Source of the DNA: an uncultured Oscillospiraceae bacterium
GTDB taxonomy: Bacteria > Bacillota > Clostridia > Oscillospirales > Oscillospiraceae
Length of the DNA stretch: 50,433 nucleotides
Assembly (NCBI GenBank): GCA_944385175.1
Contig: CALWWB010000001.1
Location: 1 to 50,433 of the forward strand
Direction: 5' to 3'
Position 1 is the first letter of the stretch. Each line of letters begins with the position of its first letter. This document shows positions 18,829 to 27,936 of this stretch, piece after piece. The translations under genes and the position numbers were made by a program. A model generated the notes under the pieces. It ran no database searches, was not told where the DNA came from, and saw nothing but the letters and a program-made list of their open reading frames with translations.

Positions 18829-19518
18829 GTGATAAAAGAATCTAAAACCAAATTGGCAAAAAGATGGCTGCTGCTGGTGGCGGGGCTGTTCATTATGGCT
18901 TTGGGGGTAGGCTTCTCCATAAAGGCCGACCTGGGTACTTCGCCTATATCCAGCCTGCCCTATACTGCGAGCCTGGTGGCTCCGGGAATCTCCGTGGGCA
19001 CCGCCACAATAATCATGCACTGCCTGTTCATTCTCATCCAGCTTCTGCTGCTGAGAAAGGATTTCGGCTTCAGCCAGCTCCTCCAGCTGCCGGTGGCTCT
19101 TATCTTCGGCTGGATGACGGACATTGCTGTGCTGCTGCTGGGCGGTATCGGCGCCGGTACCTATATGGGCCGGTGGCTGCTGTGCCTGGTAGGCATAGTG
19201 TTGGTAGCCCTGGGCGTCAGCGCGGAGGTGCTGGCCGGGGTGGTGACCCTGGCGGGCGAGGGCTTGGTGCTGGCCTTGTGCAGGGTGCTGCCGGTGAAGT
19301 TTGGCGGTATGAAAGTGGGTTTTGACCTGACTTTGGTGGTCGTTTCCATTGTGCTGGGGCTTGCGGCCCAAGGCAGAGTGCTGGGCGTCCGGGAGGGCAC
19401 TGTGGCCGCTGCCTTGTTGGTGGGTCTGCTGTCAAGGCAAATGTGCCGGGCGGTGGCCAGGTATGTGGCTCTCCGTGAGAAAAAGGACGACGCCAAAATC
19501 CATGGCACCGGTAAATAA
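18829..19518 (+). CDS. YczE/DUF6198-like polytopic membrane protein
   Basis: 229 aa with a GTG start after GGAAGGGA. The pattern GVGFSIKADLGTSPISSLPY is typical of the family, and there are about 6 hydrophobic spans. Confidence 0.8.
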   Translation: MIKESKTKLAKRWLLLVAGLFIMALGVGFSIKADLGTSPISSLPYTASLVAPGISVGTATIIMHCLFILIQLLLLRKDFGFSQLLQLPVALIFGWMTDIAVLLLGGIGAGTYMGRWLLCLVGIVLVALGVSAEVLAGVVTLAGEGLVLALCRVLPVKFGGMKVGFDLTLVVVSIVLGLAAQGRVLGVREGTVAAALLVGLLSRQMCRAVARYVALREKKDDAKIHGTGK

Positions 19519-19551
19519 GCCGTACTCAATAAAAAACTGACAAGAATCATG

Positions 19552-19580
19552 AAAGCCCGGAGACAGACTCTCCGGGCTTT
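19552..19580. terminator. Bidirectional intrinsic terminator between convergent genes
   Basis: 12-bp stem AAAGCCCGGAGA/TCTCCGGGCTTT, with an A tract on one side and a T tract on the other. Confidence 0.7.
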
Positions 19581-19609
19581 AAGCTTGCCGTATTGTTTTT
19601 GCAGCGGTT

Positions 19610-20017
19610 TCAGCCGCCCTTTTCTCTCACCGTCATCCCTGACAGTGCCAGGCAGAACAGACCTATACCCAGGAGGCCGAAGCCGGAATAAACATCCAGC
19701 TCTTTTAAAAAGGCCAGCACCGTGACTGCTGCGCCCATGGCCAGGGATAAGGCATTGAGTATCAGGGGGATCAGGGATGACGGAACTTTCTTCACTGACT
19801 TGACCGGGGCGGCCTTTGCTTCTATAAGCTCTCCGGGGCTCACGCCCAATATCTCCGCCAGGCGGGGAATACTGCTCACATCGGGACAGGAGAGGTTCCT
19901 CTCCCATTTGGATACTGCCTTGTCCGTCACACTCATCTTCTCCGCAAGCTCGGCTTGAGTCATCTGCTTTTCCCGGCGCAATGCCGCAATCGTCTCTCCC
20001 AAAGTCTGCTTTTCCAT
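19610..20017 (-). CDS. XRE-family HTH regulator with C-terminal membrane spans
   Basis: MEKQTLGETIAALRREKQMTQAELAEKMSVTDKAVSKWERN is an HTH_3 domain. Two hydrophobic helices follow. AAAGGAG RBS precedes ATG 20017. Confidence 0.8.
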   Translation of the reverse strand: MEKQTLGETIAALRREKQMTQAELAEKMSVTDKAVSKWERNLSCPDVSSIPRLAEILGVSPGELIEAKAAPVKSVKKVPSSLIPLILNALSLAMGAAVTVLAFLKELDVYSGFGLLGIGLFCLALSGMTVREKGG

Positions 20018-20142
20018 AGTCACTTTGCTCCTTTCTGCCTTTGAGACGATTATATCCTCAGAAGCGGGAAGCTTCAAGAAACCTCCGGTTTAGTTTAGTA
20101 GAGGGCTGGTTTAGTTAAAGAAAGGCCACGGTCAGATAAAGT

Positions 20143-21312
20143 TTATCTGCTGCGTACATAAGTTCTTGTCAGCAGGGCCACGGATTCTATATGGTTTGTA
20201 AAGGGGAACATGTCCACCGGCTGGAGCTTCTCCACCCGGTAGCCGCCCCGGAGAAGGATGTCCATGTCCCGGCGTTGGGTCTCGATGTTGCAGGAGATAT
20301 AGACTATTTTTCCCGGCGCGGTCTTTATAAGGGAGGAGAGAAAGCGCTCATCGCTGCCGCTTCTGGGCGGGTCCATGAACACCACATCCGGCCTGTGGCC
20401 CTGGGCGGCCAGCCCCTCCATATATTGCCCGGCGTCCCCGGCGGTGAACCAGCAGTTTTTGATATTATTGACCCGGGCGTTGGCTATTGCGTCTTTTACC
20501 GCATCCCGGTTTATCTCCACTCCGATCACCTGCTTCGCCTGGGAGGAGGCGCAGAGCCCTATTGTGCCGGTACCGCAATAGGCGTCCAGCACCGTCTCTT
20601 TCCCGCTGAGCCCAGCAAAGCCCAAAGCGATGGAATAGAGCTTTTCCGTTTGCCGGGGGTTTATCTGGTAGAAAGAACTGGGAGAGATGCGAAAGCGCTT
20701 ACCCAGCAGAATGTCCTGGATATAGCCGCTGCCGTATATCACCTTTTCACGCTTGCCCAGTACCACCGGGCCGAAGCGGTCGTTGACGTTGAGGACGACT
20801 GTGCTGATCTCCGGGTGAAGTTCCAGCAGCTTTTTCAGAAAGGGCTTTTGCAGCTTGAATATGGGACTTACCGCCACCAGCACGACCATCACCTGCCCGG
20901 TGGCAAAGCCCCGCTTTACCAGCACATGGCGCAGCCAGCCGCTGCCGCTGCGTTCGTCGTAGACTTGTATCCTGAATTCCGGCAGCATTTTACGTATGCT
21001 GAGGATTATCCTGTCTGCCGTCTCGTCCTCGATCATACACTGATCCACCGGAACTATGGAGTGGCTGCCGGGCTGATATATGCCGGAGATTATCTTCCTG
21101 CGGCTGTCCAGGCCGAAGGCGGCGTGCACTTTGTTGCGGTAGTGCAGAGGATAATCCATGCCTATTATGTCTTCCACATGTCCGAATTCTCCCAGAATAC
21201 GGACGGCTTCCCTCTGCTTGTGCATAAGCTGCTGATGGTAGGGGAGATTTTGCAGCTGACAGCCTCCGCACCTGCGCCAGTTGGGACAGGGCGGCGTATA
21301 CGCTTCACTCAT
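20143..21312 (-). CDS. 23S rRNA (uracil-5-)-methyltransferase, RumA/RlmD family
   Basis: An N-terminal Cys cluster (CPNWRRCGGCQLQN) is followed by SFYQINP, DAYCGTGTIG and DPPRSG motifs. I use ATG 21312. Confidence 0.92.
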   Translation of the reverse strand: MSEAYTPPCPNWRRCGGCQLQNLPYHQQLMHKQREAVRILGEFGHVEDIIGMDYPLHYRNKVHAAFGLDSRRKIISGIYQPGSHSIVPVDQCMIEDETADRIILSIRKMLPEFRIQVYDERSGSGWLRHVLVKRGFATGQVMVVLVAVSPIFKLQKPFLKKLLELHPEISTVVLNVNDRFGPVVLGKREKVIYGSGYIQDILLGKRFRISPSSFYQINPRQTEKLYSIALGFAGLSGKETVLDAYCGTGTIGLCASSQAKQVIGVEINRDAVKDAIANARVNNIKNCWFTAGDAGQYMEGLAAQGHRPDVVFMDPPRSGSDERFLSSLIKTAPGKIVYISCNIETQRRDMDILLRGGYRVEKLQPVDMFPFTNHIESVALLTRTYVRSR

Positions 21313-21416
21313 ATTGAAAACACCCTTTTTATATGACTTGTAAGACATAATAACACAAAAGCCGCCCTTTGCAAAGGGCGCTGCCTGTGATAAAATATCC
21401 GCAAGGAGAGACGAGA

Positions 21417-22043
21417 ATGGATATACTGTACATGGATAAAGACATTATAGTCTGTGTAAAGCCTCCAAAGGTACTGTCTACCGACGAGCCGGGAGGTCTG
21501 CCGGAGCTGCTGCGCCGTGAACTGGGGGAGGAAAAGGCGGATGTCCGCACCGTCCATCGGCTGGACAGGGCTACTTCCGGCCTGATGGTGCTGGCGAGAA
21601 ATGCCTCAGCCGCCTCGGAACTGAGCCGCCAGATAAGGGAGGAGGGCATAGGCAAGGAGTATCTGGCCGTGGTTCATGGGGACTGTCCGGACCGGGGTTC
21701 CATGCAGGACCTTATGTACAGGGACAAGGCCAGAAAAATGAGCTTCGTCACAGACCGGCTCGGAAAGGGTGTACAGGAGGCCCTGCTGGAATATGAGACT
21801 CTGAAGCGCAAAGACGGCATGAGCCTGGTGCGAGTGAGGCTCTACACGGGCCGTACCCATCAGATACGCTGCCAGTTTGCCTCCCGGGGACTGCCTCTGG
21901 TGGGGGAGAGGAAGTATGCCCCACCGGAGGACGACTGCCCGCTGGCCCTGTTTTCCCATGCCCTAGGTTTTAAACACCCAGGGACCGGGGAGCTGCTGGC
22001 CTTTTCAAAGCAGCCGCCGGAGGAATACCCCTGGACAATGTAA
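21417..22043 (+). CDS. RluA-family pseudouridine synthase
   Basis: HRLDRATSGLMVLA is the catalytic Asp motif, and GRTHQIRCQF is also present. AAGGAGAG RBS precedes ATG 21417. Confidence 0.9.
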   Translation: MDILYMDKDIIVCVKPPKVLSTDEPGGLPELLRRELGEEKADVRTVHRLDRATSGLMVLARNASAASELSRQIREEGIGKEYLAVVHGDCPDRGSMQDLMYRDKARKMSFVTDRLGKGVQEALLEYETLKRKDGMSLVRVRLYTGRTHQIRCQFASRGLPLVGERKYAPPEDDCPLALFSHALGFKHPGTGELLAFSKQPPEEYPWTM

Positions 22044-22082
22044 AGAAAAGGTTAAAAAATTTAAAACAAGTCAATATCCATA

Positions 22083-22111
22083 TTGCTAAATTGTCACGGA
22101 GACGGTATAAT
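22083..22111 (+). promoter_or_regulatory. Sigma-A-type promoter for plsY
   Basis: TTGCTA, 17 nt, TATAAT. Confidence 0.5.
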
Positions 22112-22189
22112 TGCGCTGCTACATGCAAAAAACTTCAAAAAATTGAAATATTTTTTGGCGATTTTTCTGTCAAATGAGGGAGGATCACA

Positions 22190-22822
22190 ATGGAAGCCGT
22201 TGAATATCTGCTGGTGGCTTTGGGCAGTTATCTCCTGGGCTCGATGAGCCTTTCAATATATCTGTCGAAAAAAATGTACGGCGGAGATGTGCGCTCCCAC
22301 GGCAGCGGAAATGCCGGCGCCACAAACATGGCCAGGGTATACGGTATGATGGCCGGGGTGCTTACTCTGGTAGCGGACATTATGAAAGCCGTGATTTCAA
22401 TGGTAGCCGGCTATCTGCTGCTGGGGGACATGGGTTTGTCTATAGGCGGTATCTGCTGCATAGTTGGCCACTGCTTCCCTGTGTTCCACCATTTCAAGGG
22501 CGGGAAAGGAGTGTCTGTGGGCGGCGCCCTGTCCCTGCTGCTGGACTGGCGGGTGGGACTGCTGGTGGTAGCAATGTTCCTGCTGGGGGCATTTTTGAGC
22601 AAGAAGGTATCCCTGGGTTCCGTGCTGGGAGCTCTGGCGGCGGGCATCGGGCCTTTTATCTTTGGAGTATCCGGCCCCAGGATGGTGCTGGGTGTAGTGG
22701 CAATGTGCATAGTCATCTTCCGCCACAAGGAGAACATAGTCCGACTTATAAAGGGCACCGAACCGGATTTCAAAGCGGCGAAGCCCAAAAAGAAAGCCGA
22801 AACCCAGACACAGGGAGACTGA
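22190..22822 (+). CDS. plsY: Glycerol-3-phosphate acyltransferase PlsY
   Basis: SGNAGATNMAR and FKGGKGV are the PlsY signature motifs. 210 aa polytopic protein. RBS GAGGGAGG. Confidence 0.95.
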   Translation: MEAVEYLLVALGSYLLGSMSLSIYLSKKMYGGDVRSHGSGNAGATNMARVYGMMAGVLTLVADIMKAVISMVAGYLLLGDMGLSIGGICCIVGHCFPVFHHFKGGKGVSVGGALSLLLDWRVGLLVVAMFLLGAFLSKKVSLGSVLGALAAGIGPFIFGVSGPRMVLGVVAMCIVIFRHKENIVRLIKGTEPDFKAAKPKKKAETQTQGD

Positions 22823-22864
22823 GCTTTTGCCGCAATTCATAGCGGATATATATTGGTATATACT

Positions 22865-22894
22865 AAAACGTGCGGAAAACTCCGCACGTTTTTT
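22865..22894 (+). terminator. Rho-independent terminator of plsY
   Basis: AAAACGTGCGGA/TCCGCACGTTTT stem with loop AAAC, running into a T tract. Confidence 0.75.
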
Positions 22895-22914
22895 GTCGGT
22901 CTTTATCTGTCCTG

Positions 22915-22943
22915 TTGCAAAAGACGGGTTTCAGTAGTATATT
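22915..22943 (+). promoter_or_regulatory. Sigma-A-type promoter for the dipeptidase gene
   Basis: TTGCAA, 17 nt, TATATT. Confidence 0.5.
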
Positions 22944-23003
22944 CAAAGGCAGGTAAAATTTTGAAATGCCTGGCAGCCCCCGTGCTGCCGGAAAGGAAAA
23001 ATT

Positions 23004-24377
23004 ATGGATAAGAAAGTAATTGAGGATGTAAAGCTCTTTGCCCGGGAAAATTGGGAGGGAGTAATCAGGGATATAGGCAGGCTTGTGGCCGTTGACAGTG
23101 TCAGAGGAGAGGAGCAGCCTGGAATGCCTTTTGGCCCCGGCCCCGCAAAAGCTTTGAAGCTGGGGCTGGAGATAGCCGGAGAGCTGGGCCTGGATACCGT
23201 CAACTGCGAAAATATGATAGGTTATGCCCAGGTGGGGCAGGGGGAGAAATATCTGGCTACCATCACTCATCTGGATGTGGTGCCCAGCGCAGGCTGGAGC
23301 GAGGACCCCTTTACTCTGCGCCGCCGGGAGGGCTTTATCATAGGCCGTGGTGTAATGGACGACAAGGGCCCCAGCGTGTTGTGCCTCTATGCCCTGAAAT
23401 ATCTGAAAGACAGGGGAGTGGAGCTGCGCTATCCCGTCAGGGCTTTGCTGGGAGCCGACGAAGAAAGTAAAATGCAGGATCTGGATTACTATCTGAAAAA
23501 CTATCCGGCCCCTTTGTTCTGCTTCAGCCCCGATGCAAACTTCCCTCTGTGCAACGGGGAAAAGGGCATTTATCACGCCCGTATCAGCTCAAGGCTGCCC
23601 TTGGGAGCTGTGGCGGACATCCGGGGCGGAGTGGCCCGCAATGTCATTCCCCAGAGCGCCGAGGCCCTGGTCCATGCCGGAGAGCTGAAGTCTACTGACT
23701 CGGTCACTGCACGGCGGGAGGGGGAGCTGTGGCATCTCTGTGCAAAGGGCGTGGGCGGCCATGCCTGCCATCCCGAGGATGCCTGCAACGCCATTGGGCT
23801 GCTGGTGAACTATATTCTGGAAAACGATATAGTCAGCGGAGAGGAAAAGGAGCTGTTCCTGGGTATGCAGAGGCTCCACAGTGATTACTACGGCCGGGGT
23901 ATAGGCGCCCAGGCCAGTGATGATAAGTTCGAACCGCTGACCATCATAGGCGGGGAGATAGCTGTGGAAAACGGCCATATCGTCATGACGGTGGACAGCC
24001 GTTATCCCACCACCAGCAGCAGTGATAAGCTGACGGCAATACTGGAAAAGAACTGGAAGGGACTGGCAGATGTGGTAAAAACCGGGGATTCGGAGCCCTT
24101 CTACATGAGCCTGGATAACCCTGCCATACAGGCCTGCGTAAGCTGCTACAACGCCGTCACCGGAGAGAATGCCAAGCCCTATACCATAGGCGGCGGCACC
24201 TATGCCCGGCACTTCCCCAACGCGGTGTCCTTTGGCCCGGAGCACCCGGAGCGCCCTGCCCCGGATTTCGCGGGGCCCATCCACGGTGTGGATGAGGCTG
24301 CCTGCGAGGACTGGATGAGGGAGGCCCTGGAGATATACATTCTCTCCCTGCTGGAGCTGGAAAAACTGGATTATTAA
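23004..24377 (+). CDS. M20-family dipeptidase (PepV/Sapep-like)
   Basis: 457 aa. HLDVVPSAGW, GRGVMDDKGP and GADEES are M20 metal-ligand motifs. Confidence 0.9.
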   Translation: MDKKVIEDVKLFARENWEGVIRDIGRLVAVDSVRGEEQPGMPFGPGPAKALKLGLEIAGELGLDTVNCENMIGYAQVGQGEKYLATITHLDVVPSAGWSEDPFTLRRREGFIIGRGVMDDKGPSVLCLYALKYLKDRGVELRYPVRALLGADEESKMQDLDYYLKNYPAPLFCFSPDANFPLCNGEKGIYHARISSRLPLGAVADIRGGVARNVIPQSAEALVHAGELKSTDSVTARREGELWHLCAKGVGGHACHPEDACNAIGLLVNYILENDIVSGEEKELFLGMQRLHSDYYGRGIGAQASDDKFEPLTIIGGEIAVENGHIVMTVDSRYPTTSSSDKLTAILEKNWKGLADVVKTGDSEPFYMSLDNPAIQACVSCYNAVTGENAKPYTIGGGTYARHFPNAVSFGPEHPERPAPDFAGPIHGVDEAACEDWMREALEIYILSLLELEKLDY

Positions 24378-24479
24378 GCCTTTATTAAAAATCGCTTTTT
24401 ACACATTTTTAACCTTTATTCCGGTACTTGCAGTATAATTATCCCATGAAATAATAATATGGAGAGGGGCAGAATATAA

Positions 24480-25163
24480 ATGACAAAACGCGCCTTGATA
24501 GTTGAAGACGACGGAAATATTGCAGAACTGCTGAGGCTGTATCTGGGCAAGGACGGCTTTGAAGTGATGATAGCCTCCGACGGAGGAAAGGCGGAGTCCA
24601 TGTTCGATCTCTTTGCCCCGGACGTGGTGTTGCTGGATATAATGCTGCCGGTGAAGGACGGATGGCAGGTGTGCAAGGATATACGGAGAAAATCCTCCGT
24701 GCCCATTATAATGCTCACCGCCAAAGGCGAGACCGGAGACAAGGTGAACGGCCTGGAAATGGGAGCCGACGATTATGTGACCAAGCCCTTTGAAGTGAAG
24801 GAGCTTTTGGCCCGCATCCACGCCGTCATGCGCCGCACCGATGCCGACGCACCGGTAGAGAAGAAGCTCACTTTCGACAAGCTGGTGGTGAACCTGGATT
24901 CCTATGAGCTGATAGTGGACGGCGTCAAGGTGGACACTCCTCCAAAAGAGATGGAGCTGCTGTATCACCTGGCGGCGTCCCCCAACCGGGTTTTTACCAG
25001 GAACCAGCTGCTGGACGAGGTCTGGGGCTTTGACTACTTCGGAGACTCCCGCACTGTAGATGTGCACGTCAAGCGCCTTCGTGAGAAACTGGAAGGCGTC
25101 AGCGACAAGTGGTGCCTGAAGACCGTGTGGGGCGTGGGCTACAAATTTGAAGTGACAGAGTAA
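24480..25163 (+). CDS. OmpR/PhoB-family response regulator
   Basis: Receiver domain (LIVEDD...LLDIMLP...TAKG) plus winged-helix output (TVDVHVKRLREKL...VWGVGYKF). Confidence 0.95.
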   Translation: MTKRALIVEDDGNIAELLRLYLGKDGFEVMIASDGGKAESMFDLFAPDVVLLDIMLPVKDGWQVCKDIRRKSSVPIIMLTAKGETGDKVNGLEMGADDYVTKPFEVKELLARIHAVMRRTDADAPVEKKLTFDKLVVNLDSYELIVDGVKVDTPPKEMELLYHLAASPNRVFTRNQLLDEVWGFDYFGDSRTVDVHVKRLREKLEGVSDKWCLKTVWGVGYKFEVTE

Positions 25164-25171
25164 GCTTTTTA

Positions 25172-26599
25172 ATGAAGAGCATTTATTTAAGGAACTTCAC
25201 TGCTACGGCGGTGCTGGTCCTGACCTGCTTTTTGCTGGTGGCCTTTTCCAGCGTGGGTATAGGCCGGGTGTATTTCATACGGGAATACCAGGACTCCATG
25301 GTCAACAGCGCCAGAGAGGTCTCCCGCACGGCGGCGGCTATCAGCAATGCCGACTCCCTGAGCAGCTGGCTTCTGAGCATGTCCATAAGTGCCATTGCCA
25401 GATCTACAGGCAACAGCATAATGATAACCGACAGCCAGGGTACCGTTGTATCCTGCTCCGACCGGGCACCGGTGTGCGAGCACATGGGGAAGAATATTTC
25501 CACGGAATTGCTCAGCAGCATGGAGGACAGGAAAAACCTCATCATAAGCGACCTGGGGGGAATATATAAAAGCGGGCATTATGTGGTCACCTACCCCATA
25601 AACTCAGAAGGGGACGGGGAAGTAATCGGCTACGTGCTGGTGACCAGCGAGACGGAGGAGATACTGGGCACCTGGTCCACCTTCCTTATGATAGTGTCGG
25701 TGGTAACGGTGATGGTATTCTGCCTGTCCATGATAGTATCCCTGCTATATTCCAAGCGCATGGCCCGGCCCCTGGACGAGATGGCCCTGGCCTCCCGGCG
25801 CTTTGCCCGGGGAGACTTCTCAGTCAGAGTGCGTCAGCAGGACGACCCCACCGACGAGATGGGGGCCCTTATCGATTCTTTCAACAAAATGGCAGACTCT
25901 CTGGAGAAGTCCGAAAACCGCAGGAGCGAATTTATTGCAAATATCTCCCACGAGCTGCGTACGCCCATGACCACCATTGCCGGCTTTGCCGACGGGATAC
26001 TGGACGGTACCATCCCCAAGGAGGAAGAGGAAAAATATCTCAGATCCATAAGGGACGAGACACGGCGGCTGTCCCGCCTGGTGCGGGATATGCTCTCTGC
26101 TTCTCAGACAAAGGCTATGGCTTCCGACCCCAAGAGGCGAACGGTCTTTGACCTGACCGAGCTGGTGCTGCAGATACTCCTGAGCTTTGAAAGCCGGGCC
26201 ACCGCAAAAAATCTGGATGTGGACCCCCAGCTGCCGGATAACCATATAATGGTGCTTGCCGACAAAGACGCGATAACTCAGGTGATCTACAACCTGCTGG
26301 ACAATGCGGTGAAGTTTGCCCGTACAGGCAGCTGCCTGACATTGAGGCTGTACAAGGACGGCAAAAAAGCCTATGTGTCCATAAAAGATGAGGGTGAGAC
26401 TATACCCCCAGATGACCTGCCCTTTATTTTCGATCGTTTCCACAAGTCCGACCGCTCCCGCAGCATGGATAAGGACGGGGTCGGACTGGGCCTGTATCTG
26501 GTGAAATCCATAATAAACAGCCATGACGAGGATATAGCGGTGAAGAGCGAAGACGGCATAACCGAATTCGTGTTTACCCTGAAGCTGGCGGAGAAGTAG
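25172..26599 (+). CDS. Sensor histidine kinase (2 TM, HAMP, HisKA, HATPase_c)
   Basis: H-box FIANISHELRTPMTTI, N-box LLDNAVKF, G-box GVGLGLYL. Confidence 0.93.
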   Translation: MKSIYLRNFTATAVLVLTCFLLVAFSSVGIGRVYFIREYQDSMVNSAREVSRTAAAISNADSLSSWLLSMSISAIARSTGNSIMITDSQGTVVSCSDRAPVCEHMGKNISTELLSSMEDRKNLIISDLGGIYKSGHYVVTYPINSEGDGEVIGYVLVTSETEEILGTWSTFLMIVSVVTVMVFCLSMIVSLLYSKRMARPLDEMALASRRFARGDFSVRVRQQDDPTDEMGALIDSFNKMADSLEKSENRRSEFIANISHELRTPMTTIAGFADGILDGTIPKEEEEKYLRSIRDETRRLSRLVRDMLSASQTKAMASDPKRRTVFDLTELVLQILLSFESRATAKNLDVDPQLPDNHIMVLADKDAITQVIYNLLDNAVKFARTGSCLTLRLYKDGKKAYVSIKDEGETIPPDDLPFIFDRFHKSDRSRSMDKDGVGLGLYLVKSIINSHDEDIAVKSEDGITEFVFTLKLAEK

Positions 26600-26629
26600 G
26601 CAGTGGGGAGATTATTGTGAGGATAAGAG

Positions 26630-27874
26630 ATGAGCAACAGAGAACTCAATGCTAACGAGAGCTGGTATGCGCCGCTTAAAAGGGAGCAGCCGGAGAAAAA
26701 AACAAAACGCAGAAGGCGGACCTTGTGGCGGGTATCGGCAGCCATTGCTCTGGTACTTGTACTTATTCTGGGCACGTCCCTGGCCTTTTCCGGCTCCGAA
26801 CCCAAAAACTACAGTACAGAGGGCAGCATGCCAGATGACTGGAAGGATTTCTTCCAGAACTATTTTGAAGAGGTGCAGACCGGCACGGTAAATACCAATA
26901 TCCCCAAGGCTGAAACCCAACCGGATTTCAAGCTTGAGCTGGAGGAGCCCGGCCAGGAGGAGCTGAGTTTGCAGCAGCTCTATGACAGCTGCGCAGATAC
27001 CATTGTTGCCATTACCGGCAGCATAGAAGGGGAATCCGGCTACTACTGGGGCACCGGTGTCATCGTGAGCTCCGACGGGCTCATAGTCACCAATGCCCAC
27101 ATCATCGACGGCTGCGACAGCGCCCAGGTAACACTCTATAACGACGAGAGCTACGAGGCAAAGCTGGTGGGCGTGGACGGAATAAGCGACCTGGCCCTGC
27201 TGAAGATAGAGGCGGAGGGCCTGTCAGCGGCAGTCTTCGGAGATACAAGCGGAATTGCTGTGGGGGACGAGGTAGCGGCCATAGGCAATCCCCTGGGTGA
27301 GGATTTCCGCTCCACTCTTACCAACGGCATAATCTCCGCAATTGACAGGGGGCTCAATTATAATGGACGTACTATGAGCCTGCTTCAGACCAACACCGCA
27401 ATAAATCAGGGCAACTCCGGCGGAGCACTGTTCAATATGTACGGACAGGTGGTGGGCATCACCAATATGAAAATGATGTCCTACTACTCCAGCATAGAGG
27501 GAATAGGTTTTGCCATTCCCTCCACTACGGTGAAAACCGTGGTGGACTCCCTGGCGGCTTATGGGGAAGTACGGGGCAGGCCCTCCATCGGCATCACCGT
27601 TGGAGCTATCCCGGAGGATGTGCACAGCTATTATGATATCCCCCAAGGGCTGTATATCTCCGGTGTCCAGAAGGGTTCCGATGCTGAGGCAAAGGGCGTG
27701 CAGGTGGGGGATATACTCACAGCGGTGAACGGGCAGCCCGTGAGCACTACGGATCAGGTGGCGGAGATAAAGGACGCTATGTCCGTTGGAGACACCCTGC
27801 ATCTCAGCCTTTGGCGGGACGGAGAAAACCTGGAAGTGGATATTAAACTGGTGGACACCAACGACGTGTACTGA
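26630..27874 (+). CDS. htrA: HtrA/DegP-family serine protease with C-terminal PDZ domain
   Basis: Catalytic triad context TNAHI, DLALLK and GNSGGAL. The PDZ segment is GVQVGDILTAVNGQPV. There is an N-terminal TM anchor. Confidence 0.93.
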   Translation: MSNRELNANESWYAPLKREQPEKKTKRRRRTLWRVSAAIALVLVLILGTSLAFSGSEPKNYSTEGSMPDDWKDFFQNYFEEVQTGTVNTNIPKAETQPDFKLELEEPGQEELSLQQLYDSCADTIVAITGSIEGESGYYWGTGVIVSSDGLIVTNAHIIDGCDSAQVTLYNDESYEAKLVGVDGISDLALLKIEAEGLSAAVFGDTSGIAVGDEVAAIGNPLGEDFRSTLTNGIISAIDRGLNYNGRTMSLLQTNTAINQGNSGGALFNMYGQVVGITNMKMMSYYSSIEGIGFAIPSTTVKTVVDSLAAYGEVRGRPSIGITVGAIPEDVHSYYDIPQGLYISGVQKGSDAEAKGVQVGDILTAVNGQPVSTTDQVAEIKDAMSVGDTLHLSLWRDGENLEVDIKLVDTNDVY

Positions 27875-27884
27875 AATTGGAAAT

Positions 27885-27925
27885 AAAAAATCCGTGGCAG
27901 CCCTTTTGGCTGTCACGGATTTTTT
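27885..27925. terminator. Bidirectional intrinsic terminator (htrA / convergent membrane-protein gene)
   Basis: AAAAAATCCGTGGCAGCC / GGCTGTCACGGATTTTTT long stem with A and T tracts. Confidence 0.75.
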
Positions 27926-27936
27926 GTCCTTGGGAT

